DNA of 64,000 bases from Lama glama (Eukaryota): the NCBI GenBank assembly GCA_028534125.1, contig CM052818.1, positions 37,636,001 through 37,700,000 on the forward strand, read 5' to 3'. Shown here one piece after another: positions 1-13,270 of this stretch (positions are counted from its first letter, which is position 1; every line of letters starts with the position of its first letter). Below the pieces are notes generated by a model. The model did no database searches. It was given only the letters and a program-made list of their open reading frames with translations, and was not told where the DNA came from. The position numbers and the translations under genes were made by a program.

Positions 1-870
1 TGCCCCCAGCGTGCTTCTCCTTCAGGGTCCCCATCAGGACATGGTGCCACCATTCACTCCACTGTTTAAGCCAAAAGCTTTAGAAATCATCCTTGATTTC
101 TGTTTCTCACTCTCCCAGCATTCAGTCCATCGGTTGGTCTTAAGTTCAACTTCTGTCTTCAAAACTGACCACTTTTCATCATATCCGTAGTTGCCACCGT
201 AGTTACAATTTCTGCAGTCTCATAGTGAGACTATTGCAGTCGGCTCTATTTCCCAACTTCCACGCTGTCCTCCTTCAGTCCATTTTTCTCAAAGCAGCAA
301 GAAATGAACCCTCTGGAAGACAATTCAAATGAGATCAGTCTTCTACCAAAAACCTTCTGGAGATTTCCCATCTCATTTTGATTCAAATTCAAGGTCCTTC
401 ACATTAACCCACGGCTTTATTTTGGACCTTTTGCTAACTCTCCAGGCTCACCAACCAGTCTCTATCTCACTCACTCTGGTCTAGCTTCAATGGCTTATTT
501 TTCTTCCTCTACTGCAGCAAACATATTCCTATGTTACAAGCCTTTGCACTTGCTAATCCTTTTGCCTTTAGGAATCTTCCCCCAGAAGTATTCAGGGCTG
601 TCTTCTCTAAATGATATACAAGCCTTCCTTGATCACCTGATTTAACAGATGACCTCCGAAACTCGAGCCTCTCATTAAGCTTCATTTCTCTTCCAGGACT
701 GTACCCGTCCTTGACGTAGCGCTGGGTTTTGTTTGTTTCTTATCATCTGCATCTCCTTCTAGAACAAAAACTTCATGGAGGCGAGACTATTTTTGTTCAC
801 TGCTATATGCCTAACACCCAGACTGGTGTTTACTGTATCCTGGGCACTTAATAAATATTTATGAATGAAT
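1..870 (+). mobile_element. LINE-2 (L2) 3' portion
   Basis: L2-like body (ccattcactccactgtttaagccaaaagctttagaaatcatccttga) ending in a typical L2 tail ttttgttcactgcta...gcacttaataaatatttatgaatgaat at about 870. Confidence 0.85.
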
Positions 871-1000
871 TATCTATGGACAAAGTGAGTATACAGTTTA
901 AAAGTTGATTTCCAACTTTTAATACCATTTTCCCCTCTCACCTCTTCTCAGAGGATGCTCATCAGCTGCTTATAATCTCTAAGTAAATTTTTGTATATTC

Positions 1001-1207
1001 TTTTTTTTAATATATATACATTTATTGAAGTATAATCAGTTTACAGTGTTGTACCAACTTCTGATTTACAGTATAATATTTCAGTCATACATGAATATAC
1101 ATATATTCATTTTCATATTCTTTTTCACCATAAGTTACTACAAGGTATTGAATATAGTTCCCTGCACTGTACACCATGAACTTGCTGTTTATCTAGTTTA
1201 CATTTAT
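1001..1207 (-). mobile_element. Lineage-specific L1, 5'-truncated 3'UTR fragment
   Basis: Poly-T followed by tttattgaagtataatcagtttacagtgttgt...aatatagttccctgcactgtac, the reverse complement of a cetartiodactyl-type L1 3' end. Confidence 0.85.
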
Positions 1208-4200
1208 TATTCTTGATAAATACTAGTGAACAACTCTCCAGATAAATAATTCTAATAAATTAACATTTAAGTGTTATTTTCCATTGTTGAAATCGTATTT
1301 GTTTTCTCTTTCATTTAATTCTTCAAGTGTCTTGCATTCTTAAGTGTGAATTAAGTTAGTGATTACGATTTGACCCGTAACGGCTGAGTGGTGTGTGAGC
1401 CATCATTTGCTACATGACTGGTTATGCAGCCTTTCCTCATGGTCACGATGAAATGTGATATACACAGTAACATGCAGAGTAAGCTTGGACCCCATTATGA
1501 TCCATATATGACCCAAAACTATACACCATGCCAACATTTTTGACCCCAAAGTTTTTGATGCCTAAAGGTTTAATAGAGGGTAGACGTAAACTATTTTTTC
1601 AATTAGCTCTTTGATAGTTTCATTTGAAATGAATTAAAATCTTGTCAAAGTTATGGCACGTCAACCCATCGCTGACGCTTCCAGATAATAAAGTGATTTA
1701 ACAAAGTTAAATCAGCACAAGGTAGAACTGCTTTTCAACAAGCTGATTTGATAAGAACTATCAAGACACTGAATGTTAAATGATGAATTTTAAAACATAT
1801 ACAATCACATTTAATTGACTGGCGGCCTCTTGGAAGAAACCAACATTTCTCTTATTTCCTGAGACTAATCTTTTCGTTCAGTTACCATGGCCAAAGTTGA
1901 AACTACTTGATGCTGTGCGTGATGAACAAATCTCTACTTAATCCTCGTGGTCCTTCCTTCTATTCTGGTCATAAAGGACCTTTGCAATCTCACTAAATGA
2001 CTCTTTTCAAGATGCATCTGCTTTTCCCTCCTCCGTAAATCCTCTGCTCCCACTTAAATGATCCCATGTTCTTCACATAAGGACTGCTCCGTTTCACTTT
2101 GAAGCCTTTACTAATAATATTTCCAACTGATCTGTCTATAGCTTACTTCCTCTTTTCATGTATAAATATGTAAGCCTGTAGTTCAAGGTCTATCTAATTG
2201 AGGCCTCCTCCATGGAGCCTTGCCTGCTCACCAGCAGGCAGGAATTCATCCTCTGAAATCTCAAAGCATGTTTATGTGTGAGCGCCATGTTATTTGACAG
2301 CTGTTCAAACACATTGTTACTTTATAATGTTAATTCTCTCTACACACACAAGTGTGTGTGTGTCCTTGTGTGTATAAACTCCTAGAAGACATTTCTGGTT
2401 CCTTGTTAGCAGGGGCCCTCTTGTAATTCCACAGAGTATTTCTACAATTCATCTTCAGAGGGTTTTGAATTTTTTTATTTTATTTTTTAGCTTTGCAACA
2501 TGGCTTTACAATTGAAGTGGCTGTTGTCTGCATTTAACTTCTAAAGTGAGCTATTCCAAACTTACTGTTCCTCTTTACTTTTCTGGTCCTTGAGGGGCTG
2601 AGAAAGAGGCTGCGTTTCACACCACATTTTGGCTCTTTCTGACTTTGAGCCATCCAGGCTGGGGCTCCATTCATTCACGAAGTTCCCATTTGCCTTTGTG
2701 ACAATAGAAAGTGGCCGATACAATGCTTGTCATTTCTTGCATAACAGTGCTGTCATTTCTTGCAAAATATTTAAATAGGATGAAACCAGGCAGCCTAAGG
2801 TTGGTTAGCTATCTGGAGGGGTTAAAAGAAAAAAAAAAAAAAAGGACAAGTGGCAGCAGTTTCTGCAAGGGATCGCTACATGAAAGATGAAGTTAGTGGA
2901 TTATCCAACAAGCTGGAGAATCTGCTAACTTCCCAGCCCTGAGGAACGACGCAGTCCCCAGTATATGCCTTCTTCCCTCACATCTGTTAGCACTCTGGGT
3001 TTTCAAAGCATCTTTCCATGATCTCAGATTCTCTCGGTGCAGCCTTATGAGTAAGAAGAAAAAGCAGAAATTGTCCCATTTTTTATATTATCTCTATCAA
3101 ACACTGTTTTCTGTTTCAAAAAATCTCTTTTCCCATCAGCCATGGGGCTTTTTTTCCCTTTGAAACCTTCCCTTGTGAAGTCCTGAAAGCCAGAAGGGTG
3201 CCCATTGTGGCTCCTGAAAGCCTTCGACCGACTAGCTTGCCTCTCAGATCCCCTCCTGCTGTGCGCTTCTTTTTCAGCAACAAATAAGTGTCAGACAATT
3301 AGAGATGGGACTGGAGATGTGTAAATTGTACTGTCGCCCCAACAAATTAGTAATTTCGTGATAATACACTGTCCTTGTAACGTGGTTAGAGTTACCAGAG
3401 TTACCTGCTTCTATTTGCGCTCAAAGGCCATGGGTAAGATTGATGAAGACCCTGTGTGGTGATTCATTTTCCTTCTTGACACTCTCGCCTCACCCGCCTC
3501 TCCCAAGAAATGAGACATTAACCAGCCTGTGAGAGTTGAACAGAGCCTCCACCGGCCTCCCAGCGCTCAAGGCGCCTTCCTCACAGTCATTGCCTAGAAG
3601 GTACTGCATCTCCTGGGCTGAGCCCGTGAATGGAAGCCAAAGTCTGATGCAGAGAAAGGAATACACTCCGCACACCTCCTGATGCAGCCTTCTTTTATTC
3701 AGTGATCAGGCTCTTACTGGGAGTTGATACTGGGTTAAAAAATCTCAGTCACTGCTTTAACTTGAGAGATTACAAATATAAATGGACCATCCGGTGGGCT
3801 TTGTCCTCCCTTCATAAGGAGTTGTGGGAATAATTCCTCCGCAGAGTTTGATGCTTCCCAGCCTTGACCTCCCTGCAAGAAGAATCCGTGTGGTTCTGGA
3901 AGGTTCCCCCCATTGATAGAACTGTCTGTTCCCTTGTCTCCTTGTCTCTCTAGCTGCTTTTCTAAGGGGCGAGAGAGCAGATGTGGAACCATTTGCTCTA
4001 GAAAGTCCCAGTTAAGTTGTACACAATGGTCTGGTACCATTTAGCAATGAGGTAGTCTTCTGAGTGGAATTGGTCCCCGTGTCATTGACACATTACTTGT
4101 TACCTGGGCGTGATGTTCTATACCTTTGTGGCAATGTGTTGGTGTGTCTCAGAATCCTGAGAAACCTAGCACAAACTTTACAGAGACTAGATAGAAAAGA

Positions 4201-7200
4201 ACAACATGAAAAGGAAAATTAAAAGGATATTCCTCCTTTTTATTGAGATAGAGTCTTAACACACGAATAGGATATTTAAAAAAAGACATTTTTAAAAAAG
4301 AAATTCAAACCACAAGAAGTCTAGCCACACCTCTAGGGAGTCAAGGCAAATAATGGGGCAGGCGAAGTGAGACAAAGGACCAATACTCGTACTTTAGAAA
4401 AGGCTTATAGTCAACGTGACAAAAAGTTAACAGTTTCTCTTCTGAGTACCACATCTCTAATATGTATTTTTCTCTATTTCAATAAAAAAAAATGCCTTTG
4501 TAACCTACCTGCCCATGTTCTGAGCATCGTCCTCCCATTGACAGGGCTGGGTTTTCATTTAACCATCCATCAAAGAGGATACATACAGACATACACACAA
4601 CTGCCAGCCAGGTTTAGCAGAGTGTTGAGGGTCGAATTTCACCAGTCGCTTCTTCCTCAGAAAGAATGAAGAGGACACTTGTTGGGAGGAATGTGAAGTG
4701 GCAGTCATTGACACATCTCCTCTACTTTTTAGAAAATCCCTATTTAACATACCTTTGTTAATTCTGCACCATCTCAGCTATGTCGGTAAGAATGAGGAAG
4801 GAGGCTTTGGATTTGTTCACACTGAAGAAGAGACTAAAACTTTAGGTTAGGACTGATGGAAGCAGTGGATATGGATGTGGCTGTGTGTGTGTGTGGCTGT
4901 GAGTCCGTGTGACAGTGGGGTGAGTTGATCAGTAAATGATGGTGCTTAGGGACACTAGATGGAAGACGTGGTGGAGAAAGCTGCAAACATCCTATAGATT
5001 TTTCCTCCAGCTTCATCTGTTCAAGCCACGAACCTTCTCCCAGCTTTAAACAAAGCCAGGAACCGTTAGCCTAATGACTCTCAGGTGTTCACTGGTGTCT
5101 CTGTTGTTCATGGAAGAGATGCAGCAGAAGGAAGTTTGCTGAAAGAATAGGTACCAGAATTCTTGGTAAGTGGAGAGCAGGATATCAGGGGGAAAAGGGC
5201 CTTTGTTGCTGGGATGGCTGGGAGAGAGCTGGGGGGAGGCAAATGTATCCCCCTGGGTAAATGTGAGCCAAAATGCCCAGTGATCTAGAAACAAATTTCA
5301 CTGACTTTCGTGACTTTAGCAAAACCATTCACTTTCCTCTTAAATAAGAACCATTGTCATGTTCTGTGTTGCGGGATAATTAACTAACAGGGATAAAGAG
5401 CTGTTGAAATGTTGAGTGTCATTACCCCGGTGACTCATTTTTTTACAGTAGCTTTGGTGCGTGATTAGCAAAGTTTGTGAGTCACAGTGGAGAAAGTTTC
5501 CCAAGTAGTAAAGCCCTCGTTTCTCACCATGCTGATCTCAGGGTACAGGGCACAAATAAAACTGAGGGATGACAGTCCTGATGCTTCTGTCACTTTTCCT
5601 GAAGACATGAAGCTGCCTGTGGAGGAGTGCTCCATCTACAAGGTGCCTCCTCAGGTCCGCTGTGACCAAAAGTAATGAAACAGATCAGGTCTAAGGATTT
5701 AGTAAATGACTTCCATCCCTTAAGTTCATTAGGCATGATGTGAATTATCTGGCCATAAGAAAGGAAATGTAGACATTGATTCTCTAGTATTAAGTATTAA
5801 ATATGGAATTTAGCCCTTGTTTATTGTGTTACTTGGTATTAATTATGAAAGATGAAAGTCAGCAGTCTCAGCCTTCAAAAATTAATTTTACTTGTGCAGA
5901 AGCAGCAAATTCACCTAAAACAGAAGAGAAAAATAGAGTCACAATTTAATCAAGCATTTACTTTTGATTTGCGAAAATGATGCTCAAGTTGTGATACAGG
6001 ATCAAGATGTCAGGAAGGCTCAGGGGAGACTGGAAAATGTCTAAGATTTGGGTAAGTAGAGAAAAACGAATAGCACATTTCAACAGGAGATGCTCATGCT
6101 CTAACATAAATAGTGAAAGCTTTCTTTCCCTTTCTTTTCTTATTTTCTCCACTTGTGTTATTTTAGGAACTGCAGGGAATGTGTAGTTGGATCATAAATG
6201 CTGTTCAAAGATCATATGGTTAATGTGCAATTTTTTTAAATGTAGAAATGGCTTCAGGCTGACTCTAACTGAGCAATCGCAGCGAAACACACTAAACCGC
6301 AGAGAACGTATGCAGAGAGGGGTTCTTTAATTTGTATGGTCTCTTTGGAGTGGAGGTGGAGGCATTAACCACTTAGAATGGCATATTTTTTTTTAATCAA
6401 CATAAATATGAGCAGTTGGATTAGAGGATTAATGGCACCCTCATTGCCTGATCTTTTTTTTTTTAATACTCTTTTCAGACAGCATATTGTCCATGAGGGT
6501 TTCTGATTATCTTCCCCGTTCTGCTTAGTGAGAACTTTGAAGAACTATGAAATTGGACTCAGTAGGTGTTAAAAAAAGAAGTTTATTAAACACTGATAGG
6601 AATCTGTCTAATTCTGGAGCCTTTCCAGATCTAAGGAAATTGCCTTATTTGCAGTATTTCCATTCCATTGTTAACCGATTGTGTTTGTATCTGTTAAGTG
6701 TATGTCACTTAATAGGAGAAACAAATCAGAAAGACAAGTTACGACAAAGAAATGTTACTGCCTTTCTCTGCTGCTATCTTACTCCTTTGTTTGTGCATGG
6801 GCTATTTACCAGAGGACTGGGCTCCTTTATAGGTCTCTGGATTAGTCATTAACACCTTCATGTGGGGGCGAGATACACGGGCATCCTGTGGGGAGGGTAA
6901 CGAGTTTGGGATTTTACTGCAGGGACTGCATTCCAGTTTCCAATTTTTTCCTATAGGTCACTCATATTGCAAGTAATTCTTGAGCAAACCATTCCCCATC
7001 TGTTCAGATCTTGTTATAACAAAATCAGCCATGACAGATTATGGTACATAAAACAGAATAAACTTTGCCCAGCTGGATGTACAAAGGAAGGCGAGGAGAG
7101 ATAGACAGGACCCTCTGGCTACAGAAAGCTGCAGGCAGAAGAACATTCTCCGTCAGGAAGAGGGAAGGTGTAAAAAGGTTATGGGGACAGAGAAGTAGGG

Positions 7201-7261
7201 CTTCCTATTTGGGAACCCACTTCTGGCTACTGATGAACGTAAATGAGCAAATTAAAGCTTT

Positions 7262-7975
7262 TTGTTTTCTTTTAAATCTCATTTTACTGTGGTAAGAACC
7301 GTTAACCTGAAATCTACCCTCGTAACAAATTTGTGAGTATACAGTGTATTACTGTGGACTGTAGTTCCAGCCTTGGACAGCAGATCTCTGGAGCTGATTC
7401 ACCTTGTTAACTGAAAATTTGTGCCTGTTCACTAGTAACTTCCCTCCCCCTCCAGACCCTGGCCAATCAGCGTTCCATTCTTTGATTCTGTGAATGTTAC
7501 TATTTTGAATACTTCAAATGAGCAAAATGAGGCTGTATTTTTCTGTGACTGGCTTATTTCACTTGGCATAATATCCTCATAAGTTTATCCATATTGTTTT
7601 ATAAGGCAAGGTTTCCTTCTTCTTAAAGGCTGAATAGTATTCCTTTGCATGTATATACCATCTTTCTTTATTTCTTTATTCCTTCATGTGTTGATGGGTA
7701 TTTAGGTCATTTTCATAGTCATTTCCGTATCTTGGCTATTATGAATAATGCTGCTACGGACCTAGGAATGCTAATCTCTTTGAAATCCTGATTTCAGTTC
7801 TTTTGAATAAATACCCAGGAGTGGGATTGTTAGGTCATATGGTAGTTCCATTTTAACTTTTTGAGGAACCTCCATGCTGTTTTCCATAGTGGCTGCGCCA
7901 TTTTGCATCCTTACTGACAGTGTGCAAAGGTTCCAAATTCTCTAGATCCTCAGGACTTCTTGTCTTCTTGTTTGT
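7262..7975 (-). mobile_element. L1 (L1MA/L1MB-age) 3' end and ORF2 terminus
   Basis: tgtggtaagaaccgttaacctgaaatctaccctc...; ataccaggagtgggattgttaggtcatatggtagttcc-like segment; ttgaggaacctccatgctgttttccatagtggctg. Confidence 0.88.
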
Positions 7976-8693
7976 TTATTAAAGCTTTGTTCTGATATGC
8001 GCATCCCCAGGTATAGCCCTCTGCTGCCTCACCTCAAAAATGTGTGCACAGGGTTCAAGTTCCTCATCAAGTAAAGAAAGTCCATTCCGGGGAACACGCG
8101 CTAGGCTATGTGGCTGCCATCATTAGAACAGGAATGAGGACAAATGGAGCCTCTAGTACATTCCAGTGAGAAGGCCATTTTGTTCATTATAGTTCTAAGA
8201 ATTCTAGACAATGCCTCTTCGAAGAGCTGCTTTCAGCTTTCAGGCAACCGTGGGTTCATCTTTGCAGGGACAGTTCTGGAGAGCAGGGCATGCCTATGAT
8301 ACTTTGCTCCAATTTTTTTTGCCCTTGCAGTGAAAGGAACAGCATGAATTATGAAAGTCAAACAAAAGGTGGCACTTCTAATCCATAATAATAAGGACTT
8401 TTTGTTGATTTATAATATGAGATTTTATATAAAGTTTGATGGTTTCCCCAAATAAGTGAACAATTTCTAACATGATTTAATAAATTATATTTCTTTTTCC
8501 CAGTGATTTATGATTTCTCCTTTGTGGATATACAGTTCTTAGATAAGTGAAAGCATACTAAGAAATGCTCTATGCTGGCTCAATAATTCTTCAGTAAACA
8601 TTTATTAATGGATAGATTAATGCATGGGGATTTCTGGACTGTCCTGCACCATTTAATAATACATCTTTTCTTCTAATTCTAAAATGATCTTTT

Positions 8694-8829
8694 TTTTATA
8701 AGATAATGTAAGCATTTATTGAGTTATAGTCATTTTACTATGTTGTGCCAAATTCCAGTGTCGAGCACAATTTTTCAGTTATACATGAACGTACATACAT
8801 TCATTGTCACATTCTCTTTCGCTGTGAGC
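8694..8829 (-). mobile_element. Young 5'-truncated L1 3' end with 15-bp TSD
   Basis: L1 3'UTR reverse complement flanked by identical ctaaaatgatctttt at 8679-8693 and 8830-8844. Confidence 0.88.
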
Positions 8830-9277
8830 CTAAAATGATCTTTTATTTATTACTAATTTGTACTATGTTTTAATATGTGGAAGGAGAAGTTGCTCATGAT
8901 AATACCTTTATAAAATACTTTATACCAGTGACCGTAGGCTATTTATTTAAAGGAACATTAGAATCACTTTAAGATTGATATCAAATTGCTACTGAAATCT
9001 TGCCTAAAAGTAGAAAAAGGCTATTAATTAGCACTTTTTCAAAATGTTATTCTGCACAATGCTATGCCATAGGTTAATACAGTGGTACTGTATTATATAT
9101 AAAGATATATATTCAAATAAGTCTTGGTTAAGCAAAACTATATTTACTGCAGGTTTACTTATGGAAAAATATCTGACAACCAACAGTTGAATTTCATATG
9201 ATTGTCTAATAAAGGAAGAGAGTAAGAATTTCTCAGACTTCTCTGTTATGAAGTGTGTGCATCTGTGTGTATGCATT

Positions 9278-9299
9278 TGTGTGTGTGTGTGTGTGTGTG
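9278..9299. repeat. (TG)11 microsatellite
   Basis: Read directly from the sequence. Confidence 0.95.
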
Positions 9300-9379
9300 A
9301 TCTATATTAACTCACTCTAAATCAGTTTCCGGAGCATTAGCATTTGGATTCACTTCCATAAATAATTTTGAAAATGAAT

Positions 9380-11260
9380 GTTATTTTTATAACACCCAGC
9401 CTTCTTAACTAGGGGTGTAATAGTTCTCCATTTGCTTCTTTTTATTTTTTTTTCATGTCTCAGGAAAGTTTTCTTTTCTTTTATGCATGGTTTTCGTAAG
9501 TTTTCTTAAAATTAGATCAACATATTATTTGAATTTATTAATATGAATAAGTTTTCCGATGTACTTTCTAAAAAGGTATTGCTAGTATGTGGAAAATAAT
9601 TTCTAATTAATTTTCCATTCAGCTGCTTTATCTAACTCTCTTATTAATTTTAATGGATTTTCAGCTGATAGTTCAAATTTTCTGAGTAGAAAGGTATAAT
9701 ATATACAAATAAATCTGATTTTATTATTTTATTTTATTTTATATTTTTGCTTTAAATAGAAATCCCAAGATTATGTTAAGTAATAATATAGTTGAAGCAA
9801 TATAGACTAGTATATGGAGAGGTAGGATAAAAGTACAAAGTAAACACTCAATAAATATTGACTATTATTTTAGTTCTTCCTACTTTGATAGATACATTTA
9901 TAATCTTTCACTATTATAATGGCTTTTATTTCATAATTTGATGCATATAACTGAGTTTGTTGTATATATCATTCAGACTTCTGTACAGATATTTATTTCT
10001 TGTATTTTTCAGAGGCATTAGTTTCCTTCAATCAGAATGTTCTGATAGAATAGAACTTATTAGATTAAATAACTTTTCGGTGGCCTAGAGATACAGCAAT
10101 AAACAAAACATTCAAAATCCATATCCTACAAGAAGTATGTATTCTGGTGGGAAAGAGACAGAAAAAAATAAATTAAAAATTTGCTAGATAGAGTGGGTAG
10201 ACAATAACATGTTATATCTCACCAGAGTTCCAGAGGCAACAGAGGACCAGGGGTACTGCTCACCATGGTAACAGCTGAGAAAAATTCCAAAAATACGAGA
10301 GCTACAAAGAGGCTCAATCAACCCTAAGAAGATAAACAGGTGTAAAGTAGTCATTTCCACGTCCTTGTCTGTCTGCTGAAACCAATAGTTAGGATATCTG
10401 CAAGTCTGCTTCTAGTAGCTGTCTTCTATCTTGATTTTCAGATACATTTCATCACCTCTTTATGTCTCATGGGTTTTTATGGTACAAAGAACCACAGAGA
10501 CTGTACATAACGCTACCCCCCCCACCCTGGAGAGTGTTCACTCTGCCCTCTGTTAGGCAGAGTGTGAGCAACTAACCAATCATGACAACCAAGGATTAGA
10601 ATGTTCTGTCACGGGCTTCAGTATTAGCAAGGCTGTCCACCTTGGATTCATTTCTGTTTCTAAAATGTGGCATCCCTGGGGTTTTGATTTAGCCCTGGAA
10701 GACTGAGAGTCACTTCTGCTCTCTACTTTTAATCTTAACTCTTTAATTTCCTACTCAAAGTCTTCAGGAGAGACTAGTCATAGTTTGAGTCCTTCTGGTT
10801 GGACTTTATTTTCAAAATACTATGCAATCACAAGGGAGTTCTTGTTGCCTTTTAGAAGTTTCTGGTCTAACCCTCCATACTTCTCTGCCACTCAGAATCC
10901 GGCAAATGCTCTGTGAGGAAGCACGTGGCGTTTTGGGGAAGGTGGGGGGCCTCCATTACATTCCAGTCTGTTTCACCAGCCTATAGCAAATTTCAACACC
11001 CCCACAGTTTTCTCTTTCCTTGAACAGAATCTCTCTGTCCTGACCAAGTCTGATCATTGGCCCGTGTCTATAATGGACAAATGCCTTCAGGAGAGACAAA
11101 AGGCCAGCGAATGTTAATTCACCAAAATTCCAAGCCTTTCTCTGGAATTTTAATTCCTCCGGTCTTCACTACTTTCACAGCTCTTTTATGTCTTTAAAAA
11201 TAGAATATTTGTAAGTTATCTATCTTTTTAGGTGTTACAGATAACCTTTGACCTAATGTG
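9380..11260 (-). mobile_element. Old L1ME-type fragments (ORF2 and 5' region) with a small L2 piece near 10080-10180
   Basis: T-rich degenerate L1 antisense texture (aactctcttattaattttaatggattttcagctgatagttc...ttttctgagtag) and 5'UTR-like sequence at 10400-11260. Confidence 0.5.
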
Positions 11261-11329
11261 ATCTAGTGCATTCGACCCGAAAAGAATAACTGAAAAGAAA
11301 CCACGCTTAGACACATCATACTGACGTAG

Positions 11330-12635
11330 CAACAGACCAAGAATGCTAAACCAAAACAGAAATGGACGGAGGTGTTGTGTCTGCTGGCTTGCCCTGCACC
11401 CAAGTGGGGCACATCCAAACGATAAACAGAGGGGCCCCCAGCCTCTTGAAATGCTATTCAAAGTCACCTAGCACAGAGCAGATCTAATGAGAGTTTATGG
11501 ATGAGGATTCAAATAAAAAGAAAGCTAGTCACAGAGGGATGAGGACTTTTAGGAAACAATGAAACATCTGAAAAAGTTCTCAACAGGTCATAGGCTCCAA
11601 AAACTTAGCTGGTTTTTAAGCATCTTCAGACCGCGAAAGAACCTGAAATAAAAAAGCTGTGACCTCATGTCCGAAGGAGCAGGGCTATTGACAGGTGACT
11701 GAAGCAGGACCAGTTATTAGAAGAGGTGTTAAAGGAACAAGCCATGATTCTAGTACTGTTGCCTAGATCAGAGTGGGATCAGGATATCACTGATTGATCG
11801 TAAGTTTTCTGAGCCCATTAGCTGATATTCTGCAGAGCCAAATTCTCTTGTCTAAGGGTACAGTCGTTCTCAGAGCCTGAGACAGACCTGAGAGGAAAAA
11901 CACGGACCTGGATATCAAGCCCTGCTTTTCTCCCTGACCCTGCCTTGATGTGCTTTCTCACAACTTACCCTTGATCACTCGTCTTTTGACCCTTCTCTGT
12001 CACTTGTCTTATTACTTACTTGTGTTTTTTTAAGTGCTACAACTTAGGAAGAAGCCATCTCTGAATAGCATTTCCCTTGGTTAAAAACTTTCACTGGCAA
12101 AGAGAAAAGACTGTAAAGATCAAAATAAGTGGAAATCAATACAATGAAGACATTGAAATTCCAGCCCATTTGCCACTGTCACCTGCACAGGGCAGATGGC
12201 CTGACAGCTAAGAGGGAATAAGATTTGTTGGAAAGTTGAAGGGAGTGAAGTTTGCCAAATCAGGGGTCCTCTCCCCATTTGAGTGGTCCTTACCATGACA
12301 GTTTGGCCTTTTCTCAAAACGGACCATTATGTGAACTTCAGGGTATCTCACCAGAGCTTGGGTTCAGCTAGACTCCCCACCACCACCCTCCATGCCCCTG
12401 CAGAGATGGAGAATGACAGCAAAGCTCCTGAATTCTCTCAGTGACACAGACAAGTCAGAGCTCTTAGAACCAGTGAGAGAGATAGGCTGGGCCCCAAGAA
12501 AACAACATGGCAGTTTTTTAAGAAAAATATGGATAGGACCAAATGACTGAAAACCAGGAACAACTGGACATGCTTCCAGAGGTAAATGAGGGAGATAACT
12601 GATCTGCAAAGGAGCAGTACTTTAGAGGGGAGGGG
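11330..12635 (+). mobile_element. Putative ancient Gypsy-type internal fossil (integrase region plus PPT)
   Basis: Frameshifted peptides AKPKQKWTEVLCLL (11345-11386), QPLEMLFKVT*HRADLM (11439-11489), KDQNKWKS (12115-12138) and EDIEIPAHLPL (12146-12178) resemble Gypsy integrase core end and C-terminal module; purine tract agaggggagggg at 12624-12635 precedes TG at 12639. Confidence 0.4.
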
Positions 12636-12989
12636 TCTTGTTGAAATAAGTCAAGATTTCTTAAGGATGAAGGTACCCAGATGTTTCCTGGCTTACAGCT
12701 AGGAAAGGCTTACTTACTATGCTAAACCTTCGAAGGCACACCTTAGAAACCATAGATGCTAAATTTTCATGATGTCTAGTGTCAGGATAGTTCCTAACTG
12801 GTGGGCATTTTCCTGGCATTAATAAACAAACAAACAAACAATTGATTCAGGTCTCCAGGTAAACTCTCTCTGTGATCAACCAGTCTACACTGAACTTAGA
12901 AGTACATTGATAGACTTAAGTAGCCTAAAAATCAATGAGCCAACCCCACCAAACCCACCACCAACACTATTGGTTCCAGATCATAAACT

Positions 12990-13270
12990 GGGTGTCCACC
13001 AGTCAAATGCCAGCAGGAAAGTTTTTTCGTGTTTGTGAGACAGATTTGTTTTATGTTGCTATAATTTAGTTATAATTATTTAAATACTAGAGTATTTCAC
13101 ATTAAATCCAAAATTTCTGCTTTAAAAAAAACTTCGACATTTTAGAAGTGTTGGGGATACTGGGTTCACATTTTGCATGACAATTAGATGGAGGTTGCCC
13201 ACTTTAGATGGAGCACATGATATACATTGTTTTCTTCTTACATGCAGCATATCTCTATTCCGTTCATTTA
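12990..13270. mobile_element. hAT-Charlie MITE, MER102-like fragment
   Basis: atactgggttcacattttgcatgacaattagatggaggttgcccactttagatggagcacatg resembles the MER102 core as recalled. Confidence 0.5.

Noticed and set aside
2342..2359. Hairpin acacacac-aa-gtgtgtgt; also self-complementary (TAGC)n at 16799-16817
   Set aside because: Trivial microsatellite-derived symmetry
3278..3433. Plus-strand exon-like segment (cttctttttcag ... TGG|gtaaga), 156 nt
   Set aside because: Stops in all three frames; pseudo-exons of this quality are expected by chance; only RNA data could rescue it as non-coding
4753..4821. Minus-strand exon-like segment (tctcttcttcag ... AAG|gtatgt)
   Set aside because: Stops in all three frames and no supporting neighbouring exons
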